NCBI GenBank assembly: GCA_963664435.2
Contig: CAXXKM010000002.1
Coordinates: 1,024,001-1,088,000, forward strand
Source: Longimicrobiales bacterium
Lineage (GTDB): Bacteria; Gemmatimonadota; Gemmatimonadetes; Longimicrobiales; Gaopeijiaceae
Direction: 5' to 3'
DNA: 64,000 nt
The notes under the pieces were generated by a model that worked only from the letters and a program-made list of their open reading frames with translations, was not told the DNA's origin and ran no database searches. Positions 1-10,279 of the stretch are shown here, piece by piece. Position 1 is the stretch's first letter. Each line of letters opens with the position of its first letter. Position numbers and translations under genes: made by a program.

Positions 1-159
1 GCGGGAATCCTGCGAGCCGTCGGCTACGAGATCAGGCGCTACGCCGAGCGCGCGGAGGGATCGACGGCCGGGCGCGACGCGGCCGAATCCGCTGGCGGGG
101 CCGAATCCGCGGACCGGGCCGGGGCGGCCACTCCGTCACCGGCGGGGCTGGCCGACTGA
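1..159 (+). CDS. 3' end of an unidentified gene (partial)
   Basis: Open frame from base 1 (AGILRAVGYEIRRYAERAEG...GLAD*) ends at TGA 157-159, with GC3-rich codons. Confidence 0.45.
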   Translation, partial: AGILRAVGYEIRRYAERAEGSTAGRDAAESAGGAESADRAGAATPSPAGLAD

Positions 160-233
160 CGGCCGCTCCCCTGGATCGGGACCCCACCGGTCCCAATCTC
201 CCATTCCCGCCCATACGGCCTTGCGATAGCCTC

Positions 234-944
234 ATGGGTCGCCCGTTCGTCCACACTCCGCGCGGGATCACGCTCTTGGCACATCTCTCCGGGCCCGCGG
301 CGTGTTCAGGCGGACGCGCGAAGCAGAAATCGGCCCGGATCCCCCGCCGGAGACGAAGGCCGCGCCCCGGCATCCACTGCCGTTTCGACGCCCGCTACGT
401 CCGGGAGCTGGAGCTGAGGCTGCGCCGGATGGAGCGGATCGCGGAAGTCAATCGGCGCCTGGCGCTTACCGATCCGCTAACCGGTCTCCCGAATCGCCGC
501 CATCTTGAGCTCTACCTGGATCGTCTCCTGGCCGACGGTGGCGGGCATCCGTTCTCACTGGCCGTTTTCGACGTGGACGACTTCAAGGGCTTCAACCACC
601 GGCGGGGCTATGCCGAGGGCGACCGGGTGCTGGCCGCGGTGGGCACAGTGGTGTCGAGGGCGTGCGGGTATTCGCACTTTGCCGCGCGGCTGGGCGGCGA
701 CGAGTTCGTTGTGGTCTTCACGGGCGAGCAACCCGGCCGGGCTCGCGGGACCGCGGACCGCATGGCGCGGTCGGTCGCGCGATATCCGTCGCTCTCCTCC
801 CGGGGAATCACGGTCAGCTTCGGTCTTGCCGCCATGGACGCCGGCGTGTGGCGCTGGCAGGACCTCCTGGCGGCGGCGGATCGGGATCTCCGCCGCCGTC
901 GCTCGGCCGCGCGGCCGCTCCCGGCCGACCGGGGCTTTCGGTAG
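234..944 (+). CDS. GGDEF-domain protein (diguanylate cyclase family); start uncertain
   Basis: TDPLTGLPNRR, DVDDFK and ARLGGDEF motifs, preceded by a short coiled coil. Confidence 0.8.
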   Translation: MGRPFVHTPRGITLLAHLSGPAACSGGRAKQKSARIPRRRRRPRPGIHCRFDARYVRELELRLRRMERIAEVNRRLALTDPLTGLPNRRHLELYLDRLLADGGGHPFSLAVFDVDDFKGFNHRRGYAEGDRVLAAVGTVVSRACGYSHFAARLGGDEFVVVFTGEQPGRARGTADRMARSVARYPSLSSRGITVSFGLAAMDAGVWRWQDLLAAADRDLRRRRSAARPLPADRGFR

Positions 945-1031
945 TATTGGGGCGCGCTTGCACGGCTCGTGCCGGCTTCCTCCCCGTGCGGGGATCGGCC
1001 CCCCCCCCCCCCGCCCCGCCTGACGTCCGCC

Positions 1032-1829
1032 ATGAACGAATCCAATCCGACCGGCACCGAACTCGCTGACCTGGCGCGCACGGCCGAAGAGCTCGCGCGC
1101 GCCGCCGGAGAGGTCGCCCTCGGCTACTTCGGCGCCCGCATCGAGGTCGAAACCAAGGCCGACGACACGCCGGTCACCATCGCCGACCGCGAGACCGAGA
1201 GCCTGCTGTGCGCGGAGATCCAGCGGCGCTATCCAGACCACGGCATCTTCGGCGAAGAGCATGGCGAGGTGCGCCCCGGCGCTCCCGTGCGCTGGATCCT
1301 GGATCCCATCGACGGCACGAAGTCGTTCGTCCACGGGGTGCCGCTGTGGGGGGTACTCATCGGCATCGAGGTGGGAGGCGAGCCCGTGGTGGGGGTGGTT
1401 CATCTGCCGGCGCTCGGAGAGACGGTCACGGCCGCCAGGGGTCTCGGATGCCGCTGGAACGGTGAGCCGTGTTCAGTTTCCGCCGAGAATCGGCTTGAGG
1501 GGAGCCTCGTGCTCACCTCGGATGAGACCGCGTTTCATAGCCACCCCGCCGAAGCCGGTTGGAGAGCCCTCGCCGCCGCCGCCCGCATCACGCGCAGCTG
1601 GGGCGACTGTTACGGCCACGTCCTGGTCGCCACCGGCCGGGCTCAGGTCATGGTCGATCCGGTACTCGCCTCCTGGGACGCCGCCCCCCTGCTGACCATC
1701 CTCACGGAAGCGGGCGGGTGCTTCACGGATGTGTCCGGCGAGCCCACCATCCACGGCCGTTCAGCGGTTTCCAGCACCCACCCTGCGTTGCACGCCCGTG
1801 TGCTGGAGTTGCTGGCTGCGGACCTGTAG
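1032..1829 (+). CDS. Inositol monophosphatase family protein, HisN-like histidinol-phosphatase
   Basis: GEE, WILDPIDGTKSF, WGDCYG and WDAAP motifs. Confidence 0.88.
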   Translation: MNESNPTGTELADLARTAEELARAAGEVALGYFGARIEVETKADDTPVTIADRETESLLCAEIQRRYPDHGIFGEEHGEVRPGAPVRWILDPIDGTKSFVHGVPLWGVLIGIEVGGEPVVGVVHLPALGETVTAARGLGCRWNGEPCSVSAENRLEGSLVLTSDETAFHSHPAEAGWRALAAAARITRSWGDCYGHVLVATGRAQVMVDPVLASWDAAPLLTILTEAGGCFTDVSGEPTIHGRSAVSSTHPALHARVLELLAADL

Positions 1830-2082
1830 CCGCCGGCCGGCGCCGACTGCCGTTCCCGGGGCCCTTCAGAAGCTCCCTTCGTTCACTCGTGCCCGCTGGA
1901 GTTCCAGGATTGCCGCTTGTGCGGCGAGGTGGGGCACGGCGCGCCCGTGCCAAACGGGATGCCATTCATCGAACTTGGAAACCGGGGGGTGACTGCAGGA
2001 GGTCGAAACCGGAGCGTGTCGATAATCGTTGCCTGGTGCGGCCTTCTTCGAACCGAGGCTCGGCGACGGGAATCGGCCCGGC

Positions 2083-3381
2083 CTAGAGGACGCCGGCTTC
2101 CTCCCGCGTCACCTCCAGATCCACCATCTCCAGCTGCTCCGGCGGCTGCCACACCTGCACCACCGGGAAGGTGCTCAGGAACCAGCGCAGGCTCCAGAGC
2201 AGCGGCCCCAGGAACACCAGCGTCACCAGGGCTTCCCAGAGCCCGACGGTCGGTCCCTCGAGCCGCAGCGAGGGCGCGATCAGCAGGTGGTGTTCCAGCC
2301 AGAGCCCCGCCAGGATGACGCAGACAAAGCTACCGAGGATGACCGGGTTCATCTTGGGCCGGCGCCCGATGAGCCCAGCGAAGGGAATCACGAAGCACAT
2401 CAGCACCAGGGCGAGCGAAAACCCTCCCCAGGTTTCGCCGGTCCGGTGGATGATCCACGCCTGTTCCCACGGCAGCTTTCCGTACCAGATGACGATGTAC
2501 TGGGCGAAGACGATGTAGGTCCAGAACACGCAGAAGGCGAAGGTCAGCTTGCCCAGGTCGTGCATCTGCTGGACGCCCATCAGCCCATTCAGATCCGCGT
2601 GCCGGCGCTTCAGCAGAACGACGATCAGCGCGGTGGAGGCGATCCCTCCCCAGAAGCCGCCCATGAAGTACCAGACCCCGAATATGGTGGAGAACCAGTG
2701 GGGCTCGAGCGACATGGCGAAGTCGTAGGCCACCATGCTCATCACGGCGGCGTAGACGAGAATGAAGGCGGGGGCCAGGCGGCCCATCCGACGGGCGCTC
2801 GCGGTCTCCTCGGCTTCCTGTCCCAACCATCCCGCGGTAAGGGTGGCGCGCCAGCGCTTGCGCGCCCCATCACGATCGCCTTCAACCAGCCCCATGTCCG
2901 GACGCACGGCCAGATACGCCATGTACAGGCTCAGCCCGATGAGAAGCAGCAACCCGGCCACATTGCGCGCGATCAGGAACGGGACATTCAGGTACGCGGC
3001 CTTCGCCTGCACGATGGGATCCGACTCCATCGCCTCGATCCACGGGAAGTACGATTCCCGCAGACCCAGCATGGGCAGGAAGAGGATGAACGCGATCGGC
3101 AGGTAGGCTGCGAAGGCGAGGCTCACGCGGCGCACCGGCCAGTTCCATTTGGCCTTCACGATGTTGGTCACCGCGCACAGGAGCATCGCGCCCTCGGCGA
3201 TGGCGAAGAAGAAAAGCCAGTTGGCCGAGTAGGCCTGCTCGGCGCGCGCGGGGTCGGCGGCACGCAGGACGAAGAGCGAGATCACGCCGACGAGGAAGAG
3301 GGCCCCGCACAACATCGAGAACCGGCGGGAGCGCTCCAGGTGGCGCACCGGGATGTCGGCCGGGACGTGGATGTGGGCCAT
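2083..3381 (-). CDS. actF: Alternative complex III membrane subunit ActF
   Basis: Polytopic protein with MSLEPHWFSTIFG, HDLGKLTFAF and QYIVIWYG; last gene of the act operon. Confidence 0.85.
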   Translation of the reverse strand: MAHIHVPADIPVRHLERSRRFSMLCGALFLVGVISLFVLRAADPARAEQAYSANWLFFFAIAEGAMLLCAVTNIVKAKWNWPVRRVSLAFAAYLPIAFILFLPMLGLRESYFPWIEAMESDPIVQAKAAYLNVPFLIARNVAGLLLLIGLSLYMAYLAVRPDMGLVEGDRDGARKRWRATLTAGWLGQEAEETASARRMGRLAPAFILVYAAVMSMVAYDFAMSLEPHWFSTIFGVWYFMGGFWGGIASTALIVVLLKRRHADLNGLMGVQQMHDLGKLTFAFCVFWTYIVFAQYIVIWYGKLPWEQAWIIHRTGETWGGFSLALVLMCFVIPFAGLIGRRPKMNPVILGSFVCVILAGLWLEHHLLIAPSLRLEGPTVGLWEALVTLVFLGPLLWSLRWFLSTFPVVQVWQPPEQLEMVDLEVTREEAGVL

Positions 3382-3385
3382 GCCG

Positions 3386-4021
3386 CTACTCCCCCGGAGC
3401 CGGGTTGCCCGCCTGTTCCTGCAACTGACGGACGTAGTTGACGATGTGCCAGCGGTCGTAGTGCGGAATCTGGTGCCCGTAGGCGGGCATCAGTCCACGT
3501 CCCACGCGAATGACGCCGTACATGTAGCCATCGGGGCGGATCGCGGTGGCCGCGCTCGACAGGTTGAAGGCGGGGAGCATGGGATGCAGCGCCGCGATGG
3601 GAGCATTGGCGCCCACCCCGTCAACGCTGTGGCACGGAGCGCAGAAGCGGTTGTACAGCCTCTCGCCGCGCGCCAGCGACTCGGCAGTGGCTTCCACCGG
3701 GTTGACCATCTCCATGACGACGGGAGCCTCGGTGGCCACCTCGACTTGCGTGAAGAACGGCGGCATCTTGACCGTCGGGTCCGGCTGCCCCACCGAGATC
3801 TGGTCCGGACCGGCGGAGAAGTTGCCCGCCGAGAAGGGGACCGAGCCCTCCGCCGGCAGCAGCGTGTTCTCGTAGGGGTCGAACGAGCGCTGGTCCCGCA
3901 TGCTGCGCCCGAAGATCGCGACCATGAGGTCGTCGAAGGGCGAGCACGCGCTCACGAGTCCGGCCAGCAGGGCCACCGCGACGAAGCGGACGGGAGTGCG
4001 CGGGCGAGGTCGGTCAGCCAT
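3386..4021 (-). CDS. actE: Alternative complex III monoheme cytochrome c lipoprotein ActE
   Basis: Lipobox LVSAC, CAPCH, distal GLMPAY and DRWHIVNYVR. ATG at 4021 overlaps the end of actD. Confidence 0.85.
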   Translation of the reverse strand: MADRPRPRTPVRFVAVALLAGLVSACSPFDDLMVAIFGRSMRDQRSFDPYENTLLPAEGSVPFSAGNFSAGPDQISVGQPDPTVKMPPFFTQVEVATEAPVVMEMVNPVEATAESLARGERLYNRFCAPCHSVDGVGANAPIAALHPMLPAFNLSSAATAIRPDGYMYGVIRVGRGLMPAYGHQIPHYDRWHIVNYVRQLQEQAGNPAPGE

Positions 4022-4534
4022 GGGCCGGGTCGGGTTCTTCCGTGAGTTCGGCCGGACCGCTTCCGTTGAGGATCCGGCGGGCTTCTTCAATGCGGTCTGC
4101 GGGGGCGCTTACGTGGACTCCGAAGCGGCCGCCGCTGAACCCGGGATCGTAGACCACGGGCGGGCGCAGGCGGGGCAGCCGGGCGTTGATGAAGACGCCG
4201 ATGACGGTCGAGAGCGCCCCGAACAGCACGGCCATCTCGAAGGCGATGATGAAGTACGCCGGGATCGACACGATGGGCTTGCCGCCCGTCACCAGCGGCC
4301 AGTCCATCGAGGTCCAGGTGGTGAACGCGAAGCCGGCCGCGGCGCCGGTCAGCCCGCCCACCAGCGCGAAGACGCGCACCGGACTCTGGTCGTACCCCAG
4401 CGCCTCCTCCAGATGATGCTCCGGCAGCGGGGAATAGGCGATGATCTTCCGGAACCCGGACTTGCGCAGCGCCTTCACGGCGTCCACCGCCCCGTCGAGG
4501 TAGTCGAAGGAGGCCAGCAGGCCGGCTTGCGTGC

Positions 4535-4538
<4 letters not shown>
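4014..4538 (-). CDS. actD: Alternative complex III subunit ActD (DUF3341)
   Basis: MSTQAGLL start overlaps the actC stop; YSPLP, DWPLVTGGKP and IAFEMAVLF; two TM helices. Confidence 0.85.
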
Positions 4539-5911
<1,373 letters not shown>

Positions 5912-5963
5912 CCTTCTCCTGGACGCGTCTCCGCCGGCCAGCGGGCCGGAGGGCGCCCTGCTT

Positions 5964-8900
5964 CTAGTGTCCCGCCGCCGCCGGCTCGTGGAACGTCACC
6001 TTCCGCTGATAGGTGACCGCCGGCTGTGTGTTGATCAGATCGTCGAGTACCCGGTACGAACGCTCGTTCGCGGTGACCTGGGCCACGCGCGAGTCGGGAT
6101 CCCGGATATTGCCGAAAACGATGGCCTCGGCCGGGCAGCTCTGCTGGCACGCCGTCACCACCTCGCCCTCGCCGACCGCCCGGCCCTCCAGCACCGCCCG
6201 GTTCTCCGCCTCGCGAATCCGCTGCACGCAGAAGGTGCACTTCTCCATGACGCCCTCACCCCGCACGGTGACGTCGGGGTTGTACTGCCAGTTCAGGGGC
6301 TCGGGCACGTCGGAGTACTCGTACCAGTTGAAGACGCGCACCTTGTAGGGGCAGTTGTTGGCGCAGTAGCGGGTGCCCACGCAGCGGTTGTAGACCTGCG
6401 CGTTCAGCCCGTCGGGCGTGTGATAGGCGGCGAACACCGGGCACACCGGCTCGCACGGTGCGTTGCCGCAATGCTGGCAGAGCATGGGCGTAAAGCGCAC
6501 GTCCACCGGGCCGGCGTGCGAAGCGTCGACCGTCTCGAAGTAGTTCTCGATGCGCATCCACTGGATGTCGCGGCCCATGAGGACCTGCTCCTCGTGGACA
6601 ACGGGGACGTTGTTCTCGGCCTGGCAGGCGGTGACGCAGGCGCTGCATCCGGTGCACTTGTCCAGGTCGATCGCCATCGCCCAGCGGGGCGTGCTCTCCG
6701 GGTCCGCGTATTCTCCGTGCTGGGCGCCGGGGAGGGGGTAGTCCTCCGGGCGGCCCTCGGTGGGCACGGGTATGAACCCACCCACCTCCTGGAGTTCGGC
6801 CAGCGCGTGCTCGTCGTGTTCCTCCTCGGCGTGGCCGATGTCGGCAAGCGCGATGGCGGGGGCGATGTTGCGGTCTTCCTGGGTATGCCCGGAGCCGTGG
6901 ATGCTCGCGAGCTTGCGCCACTCCCCGGTCGCTTCGACCGCAACCCGGGTGGCGAGGTGGACCATCGCCCCGGAGGGCTGTTCGGACTCGGCCGGGAGCA
7001 GCGTCATGGGGTTCACCCCGTTGCCGTCCGCGTAGCGGCCGTAGCCCGTATGCCCCCCGCCCATGGCGATCGCGGCTACGTCCTCCCGTACGCCCGCGTA
7101 GGGCCAGACCGGCAGCTCCACCTGGCCGTGCGGCGAAGTCACGCGCACCACATCGCCCTCGCGGAGCCCGTGCCGCTCCGCCGTGGCCGGGTGCAGTTCC
7201 ACCCAGGAATGCCAGGTGATCTTGCTGACCGGGTCGGGGAGCTCCTGCATCCAGGAGCGGTTGGCCTGGCGTCCGTCCCCGAAGCGGGACGACGGGTACA
7301 CGACCAGGGCCAGTCCGTCCGGGTCGCCGTCCAGGGCGGGCACGTCGAACCCGACCGCCGCATCCGGCGGCAGCAACGTGAGCGGCGCCTCCTCCCCGGG
7401 CGGATCCGACAACACCACTCCCCGGCGCAGAGCCTCGCGCCAGAAGCCGTCGAAGTCGTCGTCTCCCGCGAGCCCCATCTCCTGCCAGCGGGCGCGCACG
7501 TATGCCTGGAAGTCGTCGGCGCCCAGGTTCTGGCCGAGGGCGTTGGCCGTGGACAGGAGCACATCTCCGGTGGCCCGGGCGTCAAACAGGGGAACCGGCC
7601 TCATCACCGGCTGCTGCACCGCGCTCACGCCCGGGCGCGGGTGCGAATCCCCCCATGCCTCGAGCGGATGCGTGTCGGGAAGCACCAGGTCGGCGAGGTG
7701 TGCGGTCTCGTCAAGCGCGGAGGCGAAGGACACCTTGAACGGCACGGCGCCGAACGCGTCCGCGAAACCCGCGGAAGGCGGCAGCGAATAGGCCGGGTTG
7801 GCGCCGTGCACGAGCGCGACCGCGACCTCGCCCGCCCGCATCGAACCCATGGCGGATTCGAGCGACGCGTACGACGAGGACGCGGCTGCCTGGTCCGGCA
7901 CGGCCAGGTGCACGGAGCGGCCGATGTTGCCCGCGACCTGGTTGAGCACCAGCACCGCCAGGTTGGCGCCGGTGGCGCCCCGGTGCTGTCCGCTCACGCC
8001 GGGACCCAGCGCCAGCCCGGGTCCTTCAGCGACGAAGCGCCTTGCCAGGTCCGCGATCTCCTCCTCCGAGAGCCCGGCAGCACCGGCCGCTGCGGCAACA
8101 TCGAAGCTGCCCAGCAATTCCGCGTAGGAGCCCGCGTCAGCCCCGTCGCCCGCGATCACCGCGGCCATGGCGAGCGCGACCCCCGCTTCCGATCCGGCTC
8201 GGATGGGGAACCACTCGTCGGCGTTCTGGCCCGTCAGCGAAAGCCTCGGGGCGAGGAAGACGAAGCGTCCCTTGGAGGCCACCTGGTCGATGGCGCTGGT
8301 GCGCGCGAAGCCCCGCCCGTACTCGGTCGGCGACAGCCAGGTCTCAAGGAAGTCGGCGCCGAAGGAAAGCACGAAGCGGGCCGCCTCGAAGTCATAGGCG
8401 GGAACGACATCGCGCCCGAACGCCAGACGCGCAGCCTCCCGCAACGGGGCTTCCGACAGCGCCTCGTATTCCACGCGCGTACCGCCGGTGGCCTCCGCGA
8501 AGCGATCGAAGAGGTGGCCGAGCGCCCCACCGGCGCTCCCGGTGACGAGCAGCACGTTTCCGCCCGCCGCGCCCAGCCGCTCGGCGAGCTGCGCCTCGGC
8601 GTCCTCCCAGCTGACCGGCGCGAAGCCGTCCCCGTTGCGCATCATCGGGCCCGTGAGGCGATCGGGGTTGTACAGCCCCTGCAGGGCCGAATGCCCGCGC
8701 GCGCACAACGCGCCTCCCGAGACGGGATGTTGCGGGTTGCCCTCGATCTTTACCGCGCGGCCCTCGCGGGTGCGCACCCAGACGCCGCACCCGGCCGGGC
8801 ATTCTCCGCACACGGACGCGTACCAGGTCGCGACCCCCGGCGTGATCTCCTCGGGCGGGACCACGTACGGGATGAGCTTCTCCACGTTGTCCGTGGAGCA

Positions 8901-8972
8901 GCCGAACATGGTGGCCCCGGCCCCGGATGCGCCCACCACCCGCAGGAAATCCCGGCGTTGGATGCCGCTCAT
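5964..8972 (-). CDS. actB: Alternative complex III subunit ActB (molybdopterin-oxidoreductase-like domain plus Fe-S domain)
   Basis: Tat motif RRDFLR then FGC; CGECPAGC; C-terminal CTGCSACVTAC, CQHCGNAPCEPVCP, CVGTRYCANNCP and MEKCTFC. Alternative start at 9047. Confidence 0.92.
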   Translation of the reverse strand: MSGIQRRDFLRVVGASGAGATMFGCSTDNVEKLIPYVVPPEEITPGVATWYASVCGECPAGCGVWVRTREGRAVKIEGNPQHPVSGGALCARGHSALQGLYNPDRLTGPMMRNGDGFAPVSWEDAEAQLAERLGAAGGNVLLVTGSAGGALGHLFDRFAEATGGTRVEYEALSEAPLREAARLAFGRDVVPAYDFEAARFVLSFGADFLETWLSPTEYGRGFARTSAIDQVASKGRFVFLAPRLSLTGQNADEWFPIRAGSEAGVALAMAAVIAGDGADAGSYAELLGSFDVAAAAGAAGLSEEEIADLARRFVAEGPGLALGPGVSGQHRGATGANLAVLVLNQVAGNIGRSVHLAVPDQAAASSSYASLESAMGSMRAGEVAVALVHGANPAYSLPPSAGFADAFGAVPFKVSFASALDETAHLADLVLPDTHPLEAWGDSHPRPGVSAVQQPVMRPVPLFDARATGDVLLSTANALGQNLGADDFQAYVRARWQEMGLAGDDDFDGFWREALRRGVVLSDPPGEEAPLTLLPPDAAVGFDVPALDGDPDGLALVVYPSSRFGDGRQANRSWMQELPDPVSKITWHSWVELHPATAERHGLREGDVVRVTSPHGQVELPVWPYAGVREDVAAIAMGGGHTGYGRYADGNGVNPMTLLPAESEQPSGAMVHLATRVAVEATGEWRKLASIHGSGHTQEDRNIAPAIALADIGHAEEEHDEHALAELQEVGGFIPVPTEGRPEDYPLPGAQHGEYADPESTPRWAMAIDLDKCTGCSACVTACQAENNVPVVHEEQVLMGRDIQWMRIENYFETVDASHAGPVDVRFTPMLCQHCGNAPCEPVCPVFAAYHTPDGLNAQVYNRCVGTRYCANNCPYKVRVFNWYEYSDVPEPLNWQYNPDVTVRGEGVMEKCTFCVQRIREAENRAVLEGRAVGEGEVVTACQQSCPAEAIVFGNIRDPDSRVAQVTANERSYRVLDDLINTQPAVTYQRKVTFHEPAAAGH

Positions 8973-9060
8973 GTGTGCTCGCTTCTCACTGGTTTCCCGC
9001 TCGTGGTCATGGGCTTCGCGTTCTCGCTTCCGGCGGTGGCTGCTCATGACTCCCGCTCGC

Positions 9061-9633
9061 TCAGTAGTGACAGACCGCGCAGTCCCGGGAGACGTCCCGC
9101 TCCACGTGACACTGCACGCACCATCCCATGGAGAGCGGCTGGTTCACGGCCTCGATGACCGCCATCTCCTGTACCGGGCCGTGGCACTCCTGGCACTGGA
9201 CCCGGGGTTCGCCGGACGCGTCCGGCGCCACGTGCCGCATGTGTGGGAAGCGCACGTGGTCCGAGACCTTGTAGATGCGCACCCACGGAATGGCTTCCTC
9301 GCGCAGGGCATAGTCGCGCACCTTGGCCACTTCCTCCGGGTTGTTGCGTCCCTGGACGACCAGGTGGCAGCCCTGGCAGGTGGCCACCGGGGGGATGCCC
9401 GCGTCGACGGACCGCTCGGCGGAGAAGTGGCAATACTGGCAGTCCATGCCGAATTCGCCGGCGTGGATGTCGTGGGGGAATGCGATGGGCTGCGCCAGCG
9501 GATCAGGTTCCACGGCCGCCGTCTCGACGGCGGTGTCCTGGCCCTCCTGGGGGGCGTCGCCCTCCTGCACGAAGGCAAGGGCCCCCAACGTTGCGACGAC
9601 TCCAGCCAGAACGGCAGTCCGCTGTCCCTTCAT
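9061..9633 (-). CDS. actA: Alternative complex III pentaheme cytochrome c ActA
   Basis: Five CxxCH motifs (CQYCH, CQGCH, CQECH, CVQCH, CAVCH), QPIAFPHDIH, LSMGWC and an N-terminal hydrophobic segment. Confidence 0.9.
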   Translation of the reverse strand: MKGQRTAVLAGVVATLGALAFVQEGDAPQEGQDTAVETAAVEPDPLAQPIAFPHDIHAGEFGMDCQYCHFSAERSVDAGIPPVATCQGCHLVVQGRNNPEEVAKVRDYALREEAIPWVRIYKVSDHVRFPHMRHVAPDASGEPRVQCQECHGPVQEMAVIEAVNQPLSMGWCVQCHVERDVSRDCAVCHY

Positions 9634-9732
9634 GAAGCGCGCGGTTCCTTGGCGAGTGGAGGTTGCGGGAATGGTTCGCGCCGTTCGCATCCGGCGGCGA
9701 CGGAAACACGCGGCCCATGTAGTTCGGGCCGC

Positions 9733-9761
9733 AAGTTAGGGGCACCGGTGGCCAGCGTCAA
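9733..9761 (-). promoter_or_regulatory. Putative sigma70 promoter of the act operon
   Basis: Minus strand reads TTGACG-N17-TAACTT, about 100 nt upstream of actA. Confidence 0.5.
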
Positions 9762-10021
9762 CGGAACGGGTCAAGCGGAGCGGTTGGAACCCGGAGACCG
9801 CCGTTCGCGAAAGAAGAGCCATGGAACGGATGCACGAACAACCGCGCGAGGAGGCTGCTGCAGGATGACCGCGTCACGACGGCGGAACACGCGACGAGAC
9901 CGCTGCGGGGGAGCGCCCGCGGTACCCGACCTGCCGGGGTCGGTGCGCTGGATTTCCGGGCCTGCGGATGATAATGTAAGCGACCATGATCGACCCTGCG
10001 GTACCCTCCGACCTGAGGCCC

Positions 10022-10279
10022 ATGCCGGGCCAGCACCTCGCCACCATCACGTACCAGAATCGCATCTGGGACGTCTATCTGGAATTCGAGACCAACCGGT
10101 CCTCGAGCGGGGAACCGTGCCGGGCAAAGCTGGTCTATTCACCGGCCGACGGGGAATCCGGGGACGCGGCGCAGACCGCGGCCATCTTCGTCGAGGAATC
10201 CTACGAGCTGGCGGTGGAAAAGGCGCAGAGCTTCAGGCGGCACCAGCTGGAAGCGCTGCTCCGGTCCATTCTCCCCTGA
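10022..10279 (+). CDS. Hypothetical protein
   Basis: Coding-like composition; GAGG before ATG 10022 (alternative start 9986); stop overlaps the next gene. Confidence 0.7.
   Translation: MPGQHLATITYQNRIWDVYLEFETNRSSSGEPCRAKLVYSPADGESGDAAQTAAIFVEESYELAVEKAQSFRRHQLEALLRSILP

Noticed and set aside
5967..9158. 1063-aa plus-strand ORF, and similar long antisense ORFs over actC, lon, the GWxTD gene, the CydA-like gene and coxA
   Set aside because: Shadow ORFs expected from high GC3 codon bias opposite well-supported genes; no motifs.
8488..10275. N-terminal extension making the GWxTD ORF 1367 aa
   Set aside because: It overlaps actB/actA antisense and another gene; the signal peptide near 10276 marks the real start.
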